Below, in pieces: positions 48,537-57,379 of a stretch of DNA of 64,000 bases (position 1 is the first letter of the stretch; the number at the start of each line of letters is the position of its first letter). The notes under the pieces were generated by a model, which searched no databases, was not told where the DNA came from, and saw only the letters and a program-made list of their open reading frames with translations. The position numbers and the translations under genes are program-made. The stretch is taken from NCBI GenBank assembly GCA_964510435.1, contig CAZEBU010000002.1:81080-145079 (forward strand), written 5' to 3'. The DNA comes from an uncultured Candidatus Saccharibacteria bacterium (GTDB lineage Bacteria; Patescibacteriota; WWE3; UBA101185; UBA10185).

Positions 48537-50345
48537 TTAAATTTTGCCTAATTTTCTTGCCAGCTGAGTAACTTCCTGCAAATAACCGGAAACCTCACCT
48601 ACCGCCTCTTCCCAAAACGCTTCTTGGCTTATATCTACACCAAATTCCCCAAATAGGTCCTGGGGAGATTTTGACCCGCCAACAGAAAAAAGTTTGATCA
48701 CAGTTTTTATATAGTCCTTATCTTTTTTCACCCTGCTTTGTAAATATTTAGAAATAAGGAGTCCACCGGCGTACGAATAAACATAAAAGAACATTCTGAA
48801 GTGGGGAATATATATCCACCAATTATCCGCACCAAAGGCGGCCTCTCCCATATAAGCTTCCATGTGCTTTCTAAATAAAGAGCCGATTTCCTTTTTGGTA
48901 AGATAACCTTTTTCCCTAGTTTGTGTGTGCAAATCCAGTTCAAAACTATAAAAGGCCATTTGTCTAAAAATTGTGCTCACATCAGAATCCAGCTTCATGA
49001 TCATAATGGTTAGCTTATTTTCATCATCTGTATCCTTTAGGATCCTTTGCAAAACAAAATCTTCCATAAAGGTGCTAGCTACTTCGGCAATGAGAGTGAA
49101 AACACCTAGATTGAGTTCGTTTTCATGCTGGTTTATCAGTTCGTGGTGAATACCATGGCCCATTTCGTGTGCTAGGGTTAACACATCGTTTAGTTTGTCG
49201 TTGTGATTAAGCAGGATATAGCTAGGCATAGTAGTTCCGCCACTAGAACAGAAAGCTCCACTTTCCTTACCCTTATTGGGAAAAACATCAAGTTGTCCGC
49301 CATTTAAAAATTTCTTAAAGATTTCGGCAAACCGGTTATCCAAGTGATGTAGCGTTTTATAGACTAACTCGGCAGACTCTGCAAAGGAGTATTTTGCCTC
49401 AACTAAAGTGTATTCTACGTTTCGTTCGTAATAATCCAGTCTGTCCTGTTTTAAAAGCTTAGCTTTTAACTGATAATACTCCCGAGGGATATTATAGCTT
49501 TTAATTAGGGCGCAACGCAGGTTATCCACAATTTGCGAGTCAAGGTCATCAGCCAGATGTCTTTTCTCATCAGGACGAGAATAATTCCTCAATAAATCTC
49601 CTACTTTGCTGTTCTCACACACAGTATTCAACTCGTACTCGGCCACATCAAGGTGTTTCTCAAAAATTTCCTCCAATACTTGCGCAGCTTTTTTCCTAAC
49701 CTTTTTGTCTTTATTACTTGTTAAAGATAGTATTTGCGAAAAGTTCTTTTTAGCACGCTCGCCGTCTTCGTCCAATACAAATTTTTCCTCTTTGCTTAAA
49801 AATTCGCTCATCATACGCACCCAATTCCCAAAAGACATTTTATCGGTAAGGTTTAGTATTCTCTCCTCCTTTTCGGACAAAAGATGGTCAGCCATCCTAA
49901 ATAGTTTTTCCAAGTAATGTTTGTACTCCTTAAGCAGTGGGCTTTCTAGAAATTTTTTCTGGTCTTTTTGAGGAATTTTAGATATCTTCAGTTCGAAAAA
50001 CTGCACGTCGTTGGTGATGGCTACTTCAAAATCATGCAACTTGTTTTGTTTGGCCTTAATAAAACTATTTGTCTTCTCCAGAGCCGAACGCAGACCAAAA
50101 TAGTATCCTTGCTTACCACTTGTCCCATAAAGTTTTGCCCAATTTTCATATTCATGCAAAGCCTCTTTTAATATCTTGGGATATTGTAAATAGTCATCCC
50201 TTTCTTTCCATTTATTTATAAATTTATAGCTTTCCTCCTTGATTACTGCCAGCTCTTTCTCGATAGCGGGATCTCGGTCGTCCTTGAATAGGGGACTAAG
50301 ATCCCATTTGGTTTTAGAAAAATCAAGTTTCCCCATAGACGCCAT
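48537..50345 (-). CDS. pepF: Oligoendopeptidase F (M3B)
   Basis: WDLSPLF, GKESGAF, TLAHEMGHGIH, AEVASTFME, FYVYSY. Confidence 0.9.
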   Translation of the reverse strand: MASMGKLDFSKTKWDLSPLFKDDRDPAIEKELAVIKEESYKFINKWKERDDYLQYPKILKEALHEYENWAKLYGTSGKQGYYFGLRSALEKTNSFIKAKQNKLHDFEVAITNDVQFFELKISKIPQKDQKKFLESPLLKEYKHYLEKLFRMADHLLSEKEERILNLTDKMSFGNWVRMMSEFLSKEEKFVLDEDGERAKKNFSQILSLTSNKDKKVRKKAAQVLEEIFEKHLDVAEYELNTVCENSKVGDLLRNYSRPDEKRHLADDLDSQIVDNLRCALIKSYNIPREYYQLKAKLLKQDRLDYYERNVEYTLVEAKYSFAESAELVYKTLHHLDNRFAEIFKKFLNGGQLDVFPNKGKESGAFCSSGGTTMPSYILLNHNDKLNDVLTLAHEMGHGIHHELINQHENELNLGVFTLIAEVASTFMEDFVLQRILKDTDDENKLTIMIMKLDSDVSTIFRQMAFYSFELDLHTQTREKGYLTKKEIGSLFRKHMEAYMGEAAFGADNWWIYIPHFRMFFYVYSYAGGLLISKYLQSRVKKDKDYIKTVIKLFSVGGSKSPQDLFGEFGVDISQEAFWEEAVGEVSGYLQEVTQLARKLGKI

Positions 50346-50413
50346 GTGTGGATTATATCACACACGAGAGTGCTTTTAGCTGGTATATAGGCGTATTCTT
50401 ACGGCTATAATAG

Positions 50414-50493
50414 TTGACAGTGGTTCTCGTTTATGATATATTTCCAGAGTTAATTTATGGAAATTATCCCCATGCGCAGGGGCATTTTTTTTT
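50414..50493 (+). promoter_or_regulatory. greA promoter and leader terminator
   Basis: TTGACA (50414), 17 nt, TATATT with extended -10 TG; CCCC-ATGCGCA-GGGG then T9 at 50485-50493. Confidence 0.7.
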
Positions 50494-50506
50494 AGTGTAA
50501 ACTAAA

Positions 50507-51019
50507 ATGACATCCCATAAAAACAACGCCCAAGAAGTAAATTTAAGTAAATTTATGCTAGACAAAAACAAATTGTATATAACTAAAGACGGACTAAAGA
50601 AATTGAAAGGCGAATTAAAGGCACTTATCGAGGTTAAAAGACCGGAAGTTGCTCTGAATATTCAGTCCGCTAGAGAAATGGGAGACATTTCGGAAAATGC
50701 AGCTTATGACGAGGCCAAAAGAGAACAGGCGTTTGTGGAAGGCCGGATATCAGAGTTAGAGGAGATTATCAAGAATTCAAAGATCGCTGAGGTGAGTAAA
50801 GGAGACGCTATTGTCGTAGGATCAAGGGTTGTGGTACACATTGATGGTGATGAAGAAGAGTTTCACATTGTGGGCGCTCCTGAAGCCAACCCCACAGAAG
50901 GAAAAATTTCTCACGAATCACCTCTTGGTTCCTCTCTGCTTGGTAAAAAAGTGGGAGATAAAATTAATGTCGAAGTTCCTATCGGCAAACTAACCTATAC
51001 CATATTAAAAATAAAGTAG
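50507..51019 (+). CDS. greA: Transcription elongation factor GreA
   Basis: AREMGDISENAAYDEAK, ISHESPLG; start may be ATG 50555. Confidence 0.96.
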   Translation: MTSHKNNAQEVNLSKFMLDKNKLYITKDGLKKLKGELKALIEVKRPEVALNIQSAREMGDISENAAYDEAKREQAFVEGRISELEEIIKNSKIAEVSKGDAIVVGSRVVVHIDGDEEEFHIVGAPEANPTEGKISHESPLGSSLLGKKVGDKINVEVPIGKLTYTILKIK

Positions 51020-51051
51020 AAATCTTGCTACCAACAATAGCTAGATTAGTT

Positions 51052-51076
51052 AAAACGCCTCAGGAGGCGTTTTTTT
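51052..51076 (+). terminator. Intrinsic terminator after greA
   Basis: AAAACGCCTC-AG-GAGGCGTTTTTTT. Confidence 0.85.
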
Positions 51077-51107
51077 ATTAGCTAAAAAGTGTTAAATTAG
51101 ATGTATT

Positions 51108-53204
51108 ATGGCTAATTTAAAAGAGTTAAGAAAAGAAAGGATAAAAAAGCTCGAAAAACTCAGAGAAATAGGTATTGATCCCTATCCTTCCAGCTCTAAA
51201 AAAGATCTTTCAAACCTTGAGGCCACCATTAATCATGAGGATTACAGAAACAAATCACTACATCTCACCGGCAGAATTCTCTCTTTGAGAGAGCATAATA
51301 AGCTGGTTTTTATAGATCTGCACGATTATTCGGGTAAGGTACAACTTTATATCAAAGATGACAAACTAAAAAAGACTAACGTTCAGGAGCAAATCCTAGG
51401 GTTTTCTGATCTGCATCTTCTCGATATTGGTGACTTCATAGAAGCTGAAGGGAAAATGACAAAAACAAAAACCGGTGAAGTTTCTCTGCAGGTATCTTCC
51501 CTAAAGATCCTAGCTAAAGCGATCCGTCCTTTACCGGAAAAGAGGGAGGGATTAAAGGATGCGGAAACAATTTTTCGAAAAAGATACCTGGATCTGGCCA
51601 CCAAACCTGAACGGAGAGAACTTTTTGCCAGAAAATCAAGATATTGGCAAGCTAGCAGAAATTTCTTGAATAACAAGGGGTTTATTGAAGTAGAAACTCC
51701 CATTTTGGAACATGTTACCGGCGGTGCCGATGCCAAACCGTTTATTACTCATCATGACGCTCTTGACGAGGATTTTTTCTTGAGGATCTCCTCAGAGTTA
51801 TATTTAAAAAGACTAATTGGGGGCGGATTCGAAAAAATATACACCTTTGGGGCAAACTTCAGAAATGAGGGCCTGAGCGACGAGCACCTGCAGGAATTTT
51901 ATCAACTAGAATGGTACTGGGCTTATGCAGACTACCGACAAAATATGGCCTTGGTAAAAGAAATGTTTAGACATATAGCCAAAGAGATCTATCAAAAAAC
52001 CGATTTCGTGAAAAACGATTATAAGTTTGACCTGGCCGACAAGTGGGAAGAAATCGAGTATGTAAAAATAATTAAGGATAAATTTAAAGTAGATGTCTTT
52101 GAAACCTCCGACGAGATGGTGCTAAATATACTTAAGGAAAATAATGTCACCCTCCCGGGCACGGTTAATAGAAACAGATTAATAGACAATTTATGGAAAC
52201 TTGCCCGCAAAGATATTTCCGGACCAGCCTTTTTAATTGATCTACCAAATTTTATATCACCATTGGCAAAAGAACTCCCAGGCAGTAAGCGTCTAACGGA
52301 GCGGTTTCAGGTTATCATCGCTGGTAGTGAGTTGGGAAATGGCTACAGCGAGTTGAACGATCCTTTCGATCAGTTAGCAAGGTTTAAGGAACAGCAAGCG
52401 GCCAGGGATGCCGGTGATGAGGAAGCGCAAATGCTAGATATTGATTATGTAGAGATGCTCGAATACGGTATGCCGCCAACTTCCGGATATGGACAAAGTG
52501 AAAGGATCTTCTGGTTTTTAGAAAATATCACCGCCAGGGAAGGAACTCTTTTTCCTCAGATGAGAAAAAAGGTCGATGAAGTAAATAAGGATATTTATCA
52601 ACTATCTGCGGCAAACCACCAAAAAGCATCACCCGAATTACCGGAGCTACCTAGGACAGTAGAATTTTCCAAAGAGGCGGTACACCCCCTCTTGGAAAAT
52701 TTTGTAGACGATAACTATCAAAAATTACACGCCAAAATGGTGGCCAAGGGTATGGAGGCCTATGCCGAATCATTCGGGGAAGATAAAGATCTCTGGTATA
52801 TCACTGGTTTACTCCATGATCTAGATTATTTCAAATTTCCGGATGAACATCCTTTAGTAGAGCTTGTCTGGTTTAAAAAATGGCACTTTCCCGACCAATT
52901 TCTGCATGCGGTTGCTTCTCATGCCCATAAAAAAACAGGTGTTGAGCCGGAAACCAAAATCGCTCATGCTTTAATGGCTATTGATGAGCTGGCAGGCTTT
53001 TTGTATGCCTACTCGCTAATGAGACCGGAAGGTTTTACCGGTATGAAAGCCAAATCAGTTAAGAAAAAGTTCAAAGACAAAGCCTTTGCCAGAAAAGTAG
53101 ATAGAGAAGAAATTAAAGCGGGTTTTAGCAATCTAGGGATAGATTTCTCCAAACATATAGACTTTCTAATAGAAATCTATCGAGAAATGGATGAATTTAA
53201 ATAG
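51108..53204 (+). CDS. lysS: Class II lysine-tRNA ligase fused to a C-terminal HD domain
   Basis: ELYLKRLIGGG, FRNEG, NGYSELNDP, LEYGMPPT; extra ~180 aa containing GLLHDLDY. Confidence 0.95.
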   Translation: MANLKELRKERIKKLEKLREIGIDPYPSSSKKDLSNLEATINHEDYRNKSLHLTGRILSLREHNKLVFIDLHDYSGKVQLYIKDDKLKKTNVQEQILGFSDLHLLDIGDFIEAEGKMTKTKTGEVSLQVSSLKILAKAIRPLPEKREGLKDAETIFRKRYLDLATKPERRELFARKSRYWQASRNFLNNKGFIEVETPILEHVTGGADAKPFITHHDALDEDFFLRISSELYLKRLIGGGFEKIYTFGANFRNEGLSDEHLQEFYQLEWYWAYADYRQNMALVKEMFRHIAKEIYQKTDFVKNDYKFDLADKWEEIEYVKIIKDKFKVDVFETSDEMVLNILKENNVTLPGTVNRNRLIDNLWKLARKDISGPAFLIDLPNFISPLAKELPGSKRLTERFQVIIAGSELGNGYSELNDPFDQLARFKEQQAARDAGDEEAQMLDIDYVEMLEYGMPPTSGYGQSERIFWFLENITAREGTLFPQMRKKVDEVNKDIYQLSAANHQKASPELPELPRTVEFSKEAVHPLLENFVDDNYQKLHAKMVAKGMEAYAESFGEDKDLWYITGLLHDLDYFKFPDEHPLVELVWFKKWHFPDQFLHAVASHAHKKTGVEPETKIAHALMAIDELAGFLYAYSLMRPEGFTGMKAKSVKKKFKDKAFARKVDREEIKAGFSNLGIDFSKHIDFLIEIYREMDEFK

Positions 53205-53207
53205 AAT

Positions 53208-54434
53208 ATGAATAATACCGAACAAACTGCCTCTGCTCAAGAAAGTACTGAACCCGAAGATAGTATTTTAACTAAGGAGGTTATACAAAAGAAAAAAGAA
53301 CGTTTTTCTCAGGGAGTTAAAACAGCCATCTTTATTTCTATCGGTTTTCTCATCTTCTTTTCTTTGCTTTTCATTTTCATCACTATTTACAATCGCACCA
53401 AGGACACCTATGTAGTTTCCACCACAGATCCTGAAAATATAGGGCAGGAGATTGTTATCATCAACCCGGAAGAGAAGCAGCCGAAAGAAGAGTGGGAAAA
53501 ATACGGCAATGAGAAATTTAGGTTTTCCTTTAACTACCCTCCCGGGGACAGATTTTTCCTTGACGAAGAGATCAGGGAGGATTATTTTGTAAAAATCATT
53601 GCCGATGACACTATACCGCATGAGAACACCACAGGTAGAAATTTGATCAAGGGGTATATTTTCGTCATCAATCCGCTGCAAATAGCTATCAGAGATATTG
53701 ATAGCGTAGTCAGTCTAAAAAGAGAGTGGTATGTTGAACAATGTGATCAATCCGCAAATGTAACTGGTATAAAAAGTGTGGTTCTTAATGAAGTAGAGGG
53801 CAAAGGTTTTGAAGTCTTTAATTGCAATAGTGATTATCGAGTAGCCTACTACGCCGCTAACGACCTCGTTTATGAAGTAACACAAGTTTATAAAGGGGAC
53901 ATAGGTTTTGAACAACTGTATAAAACTACTGTGGGACTTATTAATGATTCGGTCTTGATCAACATCACTCCTCCTGATACCGGGCCTTACACGTTATTTG
54001 AAAATGTGAGAGAGGGTTTTTCCTTTGAATACGACAAAACCATGGACAACGAATGCTGTTTTGTACCCTCGCCACCGGATAGAACTGCAAAAATAAATAT
54101 TACTTTATCCGAGGGAAGCAACTTAGCTGCTATTGGTTTCTTTACCATCCGCTCAGATCCAGCAAAAACTTTACTTGAATACCTAGAAGAAAAAAAGCAG
54201 ATCCTCATCGACGACTATAAAGTTATTAAAGGGCATGAGCCAAACGGTACAGTAACAGAGTTTAAATTAGGAGGACAAAAAGCTTACTATCTTTCCGGTT
54301 ATTCTTGGAAAGGAAATGACTTGATCTACACAACTCTGCCAAAAAGTAATAGCTACCTCATTATTTCCAAAACTAATCTTTCAGATGAAAACTACCAAGC
54401 CATCGTGAACTCTTTGAAAATACTTACCCGATAA
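53208..54434 (+). CDS. Membrane-anchored protein with two PsbP-like repeats
   Basis: TM helix; WEKYGNEKFRFSFNYP and YTLFENVREGFSFEYD repeat starts. Confidence 0.65.
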   Translation: MNNTEQTASAQESTEPEDSILTKEVIQKKKERFSQGVKTAIFISIGFLIFFSLLFIFITIYNRTKDTYVVSTTDPENIGQEIVIINPEEKQPKEEWEKYGNEKFRFSFNYPPGDRFFLDEEIREDYFVKIIADDTIPHENTTGRNLIKGYIFVINPLQIAIRDIDSVVSLKREWYVEQCDQSANVTGIKSVVLNEVEGKGFEVFNCNSDYRVAYYAANDLVYEVTQVYKGDIGFEQLYKTTVGLINDSVLINITPPDTGPYTLFENVREGFSFEYDKTMDNECCFVPSPPDRTAKINITLSEGSNLAAIGFFTIRSDPAKTLLEYLEEKKQILIDDYKVIKGHEPNGTVTEFKLGGQKAYYLSGYSWKGNDLIYTTLPKSNSYLIISKTNLSDENYQAIVNSLKILTR

Positions 54435-54972
54435 ACTCAGTGATCAAACTTTTAAAAAGGCTGAGGTCTCCGTAGTAATGGTCGTTTCCTTCAAGTTCTA
54501 TGGTTTTGTGATTTTCCACTTCCTGCACTTTTAGATAAGTGCACATATCTTGGTAGAAAAATACAGGATCCAAAGATTTTTGGATAAAAAGGGTGGAGAT
54601 AGTGTACTTTTTGACCCATTTGTCAACTTCAAAACCACAGTACTTTCCCCATTCAACGGGTAAACCTACAAAAACGCATTTTTTAGGTTTTAAGATCCCT
54701 TTAAAGATTCCCTTCAGACCTAGTAGCGCTCCGGCAGATTTGCCAAAAACCAGGTAGTTTTCGTACTGATCTATAACTTTTGACACCTCCAAAAGTTCAT
54801 GGTCCAGCAGAATTACCGGCTCTCCGGTTTCCCAATGTCTATAATATTGAATATAAGTTTTGTTGAAAAGAGGTTTTAAAACTTCTTCCACATCCCGAAT
54901 CCATTTCTTGTGTGCAAAGCTATTTCCTGAAAATAATATTAGATCCATACTTTTATTTTGAGTGGGCAGCAA
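54424..54972 (-). CDS. Alpha/beta hydrolase
   Basis: GKSAG nucleophile elbow, D in SLDP, H in GNDHYY. Confidence 0.8.
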   Translation of the reverse strand: MLPTQNKSMDLILFSGNSFAHKKWIRDVEEVLKPLFNKTYIQYYRHWETGEPVILLDHELLEVSKVIDQYENYLVFGKSAGALLGLKGIFKGILKPKKCVFVGLPVEWGKYCGFEVDKWVKKYTISTLFIQKSLDPVFFYQDMCTYLKVQEVENHKTIELEGNDHYYGDLSLFKSLITEFIG

Positions 54973-55888
54973 AAAATTCCCAGATCAAATCAGTGGCTCG
55001 TACACTCCTCCCGGAGATATTTTTTACGAGTTCAAATAAACCTCCCGGCCAAACATGCTTGGTGTTTACTGCGTAAAAAATAATTTCCGAGGAATTTTCA
55101 CAGTCAGCATAGATTTCTTTTGCGTAGTGATCAGTTTTTGATATTTCCGAAGGACGTTTAGTGCATTTATTGTTATCCAGCCAAAAATTCAACGAATCAT
55201 ACGCACCCGTAAACTCAAAAACATCATCTCTGCCGTTGCCTCCGGCAAAAGGTATGGAACTATCCTCTTTCCCATGGATTAGTATGATCGGCACCGGCGA
55301 AAAAGTTTTCTCTAATAATTTAAACTCCTCATCATCCTCATGTTTTCCACCCACAGCAGCACCAACAGGCGCAACGGCTGCTATCTTGTCATTAAGCTTC
55401 AGAGCAACCAAATGAGCCATCATACCGCCACTAGAGTACCCGGTAACATAAATTCTCGATACATCAACACTATATTCTTCGGATAATTTACCTATTAAGT
55501 GTCTCACATAACCAATATCATCGATGTTCTTCTCTTGCGCATACCCGCAACAAAATTCGCTATTCCAAGAATAAGGAGATAGAGACCTATCCTTGGAACC
55601 ATAGGGGTATAAAACAATAAATCCCTCCCTATCTGCTTTCATACTCAATCCCGTAACGATCTCCATGATCCTTGGGTTGTCCGAATATCCATGAAAGGCA
55701 ATGACCAGAGGGTAGTTAGTTTTATTGTTGTATCCCCTGGGCAAATGTAAACGATATTTTCTTTGTACATTGTCAAAGTCTGTGTAGTGTTCCTTTGATC
55801 TAAAAGTTGTTAGGCCTACAAAGACAGATATTCCTAAAAGTATTAATATAAGAATGGAAACAAAAAAATTTTTCAACATACCGTACAT
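54953..55888 (-). CDS. Secreted esterase, PHB depolymerase/LpqC family
   Basis: PLVIAFHG, WNSEFCCG, DDIGYV, GYSSGG, HVWPGG. Confidence 0.88.
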   Translation of the reverse strand: MYGMLKNFFVSILILILLGISVFVGLTTFRSKEHYTDFDNVQRKYRLHLPRGYNNKTNYPLVIAFHGYSDNPRIMEIVTGLSMKADREGFIVLYPYGSKDRSLSPYSWNSEFCCGYAQEKNIDDIGYVRHLIGKLSEEYSVDVSRIYVTGYSSGGMMAHLVALKLNDKIAAVAPVGAAVGGKHEDDEEFKLLEKTFSPVPIILIHGKEDSSIPFAGGNGRDDVFEFTGAYDSLNFWLDNNKCTKRPSEISKTDHYAKEIYADCENSSEIIFYAVNTKHVWPGGLFELVKNISGRSVRATDLIWEFFAAHSK

Positions 55889-55897
55889 CGATTATAT

Positions 55898-56617
55898 ATG
55901 AGAGATGTAAAAATAAAAAAGTATTTAAAAAAAATGCATTATTCTTATGCTCTTGGTTTGATTCCCACCATCGAACTACTGCGCATAAAACCTACTAAGG
56001 CAATCAAGGTTCTTTTTAAAGAACAATCGGATAACTACCTGGAAACAGAAAAAATTAAACATCTCTGCAGAAAAAACAGAATAAAATTTGAATACAATGA
56101 TAGATGGGTAAACAAAATATCCCACAAGAAAAACACCTACGCAGTGGGGATCTTCGAAAAATACCAGGCGGAACTTGAGAGAAATAACAACCATATAGTT
56201 TTAATAAACCCTAGTGACATGGGAAATCTAGGAACAGTTATCAGATCGATGGTAGCTTTTAACTTTAAAGATTTGGCCCTATTAACTCCGGCTACGGACA
56301 TTTTCGATCCAAAAGTGGTCAGTACTACCACAGGTGCGTTATTCAAGATAAATTTTAAACATTATGAGACTTTTGCGGAATACTCTGAGGAATTTGAATT
56401 TCATAACTTGTATTTTTTTACTATGGATGGTGAAAAGAAAGTAAAATCAGCTAAATTCTCTAAGCCTTACAGTTTAATTTTTGGAAACGAAAGCAAAGGA
56501 ATTGATAAAGATCTTCTCATCTTGGGAAACACGGTACGGATACCTCACAGCGAGAACATAGAGTCTCTAAATCTAGCCGTATCAGCTTCTATTGGTATGT
56601 TTGAGGCATCACATTAG
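55898..56617 (+). CDS. TrmH/SpoU-family RNA methyltransferase
   Basis: DMGNLGTVIRS, FGNESKG, ESLNLAVS. Confidence 0.9.
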   Translation: MRDVKIKKYLKKMHYSYALGLIPTIELLRIKPTKAIKVLFKEQSDNYLETEKIKHLCRKNRIKFEYNDRWVNKISHKKNTYAVGIFEKYQAELERNNNHIVLINPSDMGNLGTVIRSMVAFNFKDLALLTPATDIFDPKVVSTTTGALFKINFKHYETFAEYSEEFEFHNLYFFTMDGEKKVKSAKFSKPYSLIFGNESKGIDKDLLILGNTVRIPHSENIESLNLAVSASIGMFEASH

Positions 56618-57171
56618 GTATTTTTCCACTTAATATTGCAGCCAACACTTGGTTTCTGTTCAACATCTACTGGCTTGCCTTCCAGAAGGAGATCTATGAC
56701 ATTCCTTAGATCCTCTCCCGTCACGGGAATATTGTTTTCCGGCCGGCTATCGTCCATCTGGCCACGGTAAACTAGTTCTCTATCTTTATCAAAAACAAAA
56801 AAATCGGGCGTACAGGCAGCTTTGTAGGCCTTGGCCACCTCTTGCTGCTCATCGAAAACATAGCTAAACGGGTAAGCATACTTCTTAGCATAAAGCTCCA
56901 TATTAGCAAAACTATCTTCCAGATACTGCTTGGCATCATTAGAATTAATGGCAACAAAACCTACATCTTTTTCGAGATAATCATTTACCAGATCAACGAG
57001 TCCGGGAATAATGTGTTTCACATAAGGACAATGGTTGCAAATAAAGGCCACAACTAATAACTCAGTTTCTTCGAAATCACCTAAGGATACGGTACCGCTG
57101 GTGACTGCGGGAAGCGTAAAATCCGGAGCTTTTGTTCCCAGGGGTATCATATTTGAAGGAGTCAAAACCAT
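56614..57171 (-). CDS. Thioredoxin-fold (AhpC/TSA-like) redoxin
   Basis: APDFTLP, FICNHCPYV, AACTPDFF, GCNIKWK. Confidence 0.92.
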   Translation of the reverse strand: MVLTPSNMIPLGTKAPDFTLPAVTSGTVSLGDFEETELLVVAFICNHCPYVKHIIPGLVDLVNDYLEKDVGFVAINSNDAKQYLEDSFANMELYAKKYAYPFSYVFDEQQEVAKAYKAACTPDFFVFDKDRELVYRGQMDDSRPENNIPVTGEDLRNVIDLLLEGKPVDVEQKPSVGCNIKWKNT

Positions 57172-57213
57172 ATTGCCCAGTATAGCACATCAATTTATTA
57201 GTCAATATGGAAT

Positions 57214-57328
57214 AAAAAAAGAGGCGCACAATATCCAAGCGGTTAGCTAGGGCACGGCACGCCACGTCTTACCACCCTTTTCACGTTTTCCCGGAGAGGG
57301 GGGAGTGGGGAAGGTAAGTAGAACTTAG
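57214..57328 (-). ncRNA. Candidate small RNA with C-rich 5' domain
   Basis: GC-rich intergenic block; TAGAAT at 57339-57334; CTTACC/GGTAAG stem; GGCGTGC/GTGCGCC stem then U-tract. Confidence 0.35.
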
Positions 57329-57379
57329 ATGCTATTCTACTACAAATAGGGATATTTTAAAAATCTAAAAAAAGCCAAG

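Noticed and set aside
57250-57285. T-box riboswitch (AAGGGUGGUAAGACG)
   Set aside because: UGGNACC is not intact, there is no room for stem I, and the downstream gene is not amino-acid related
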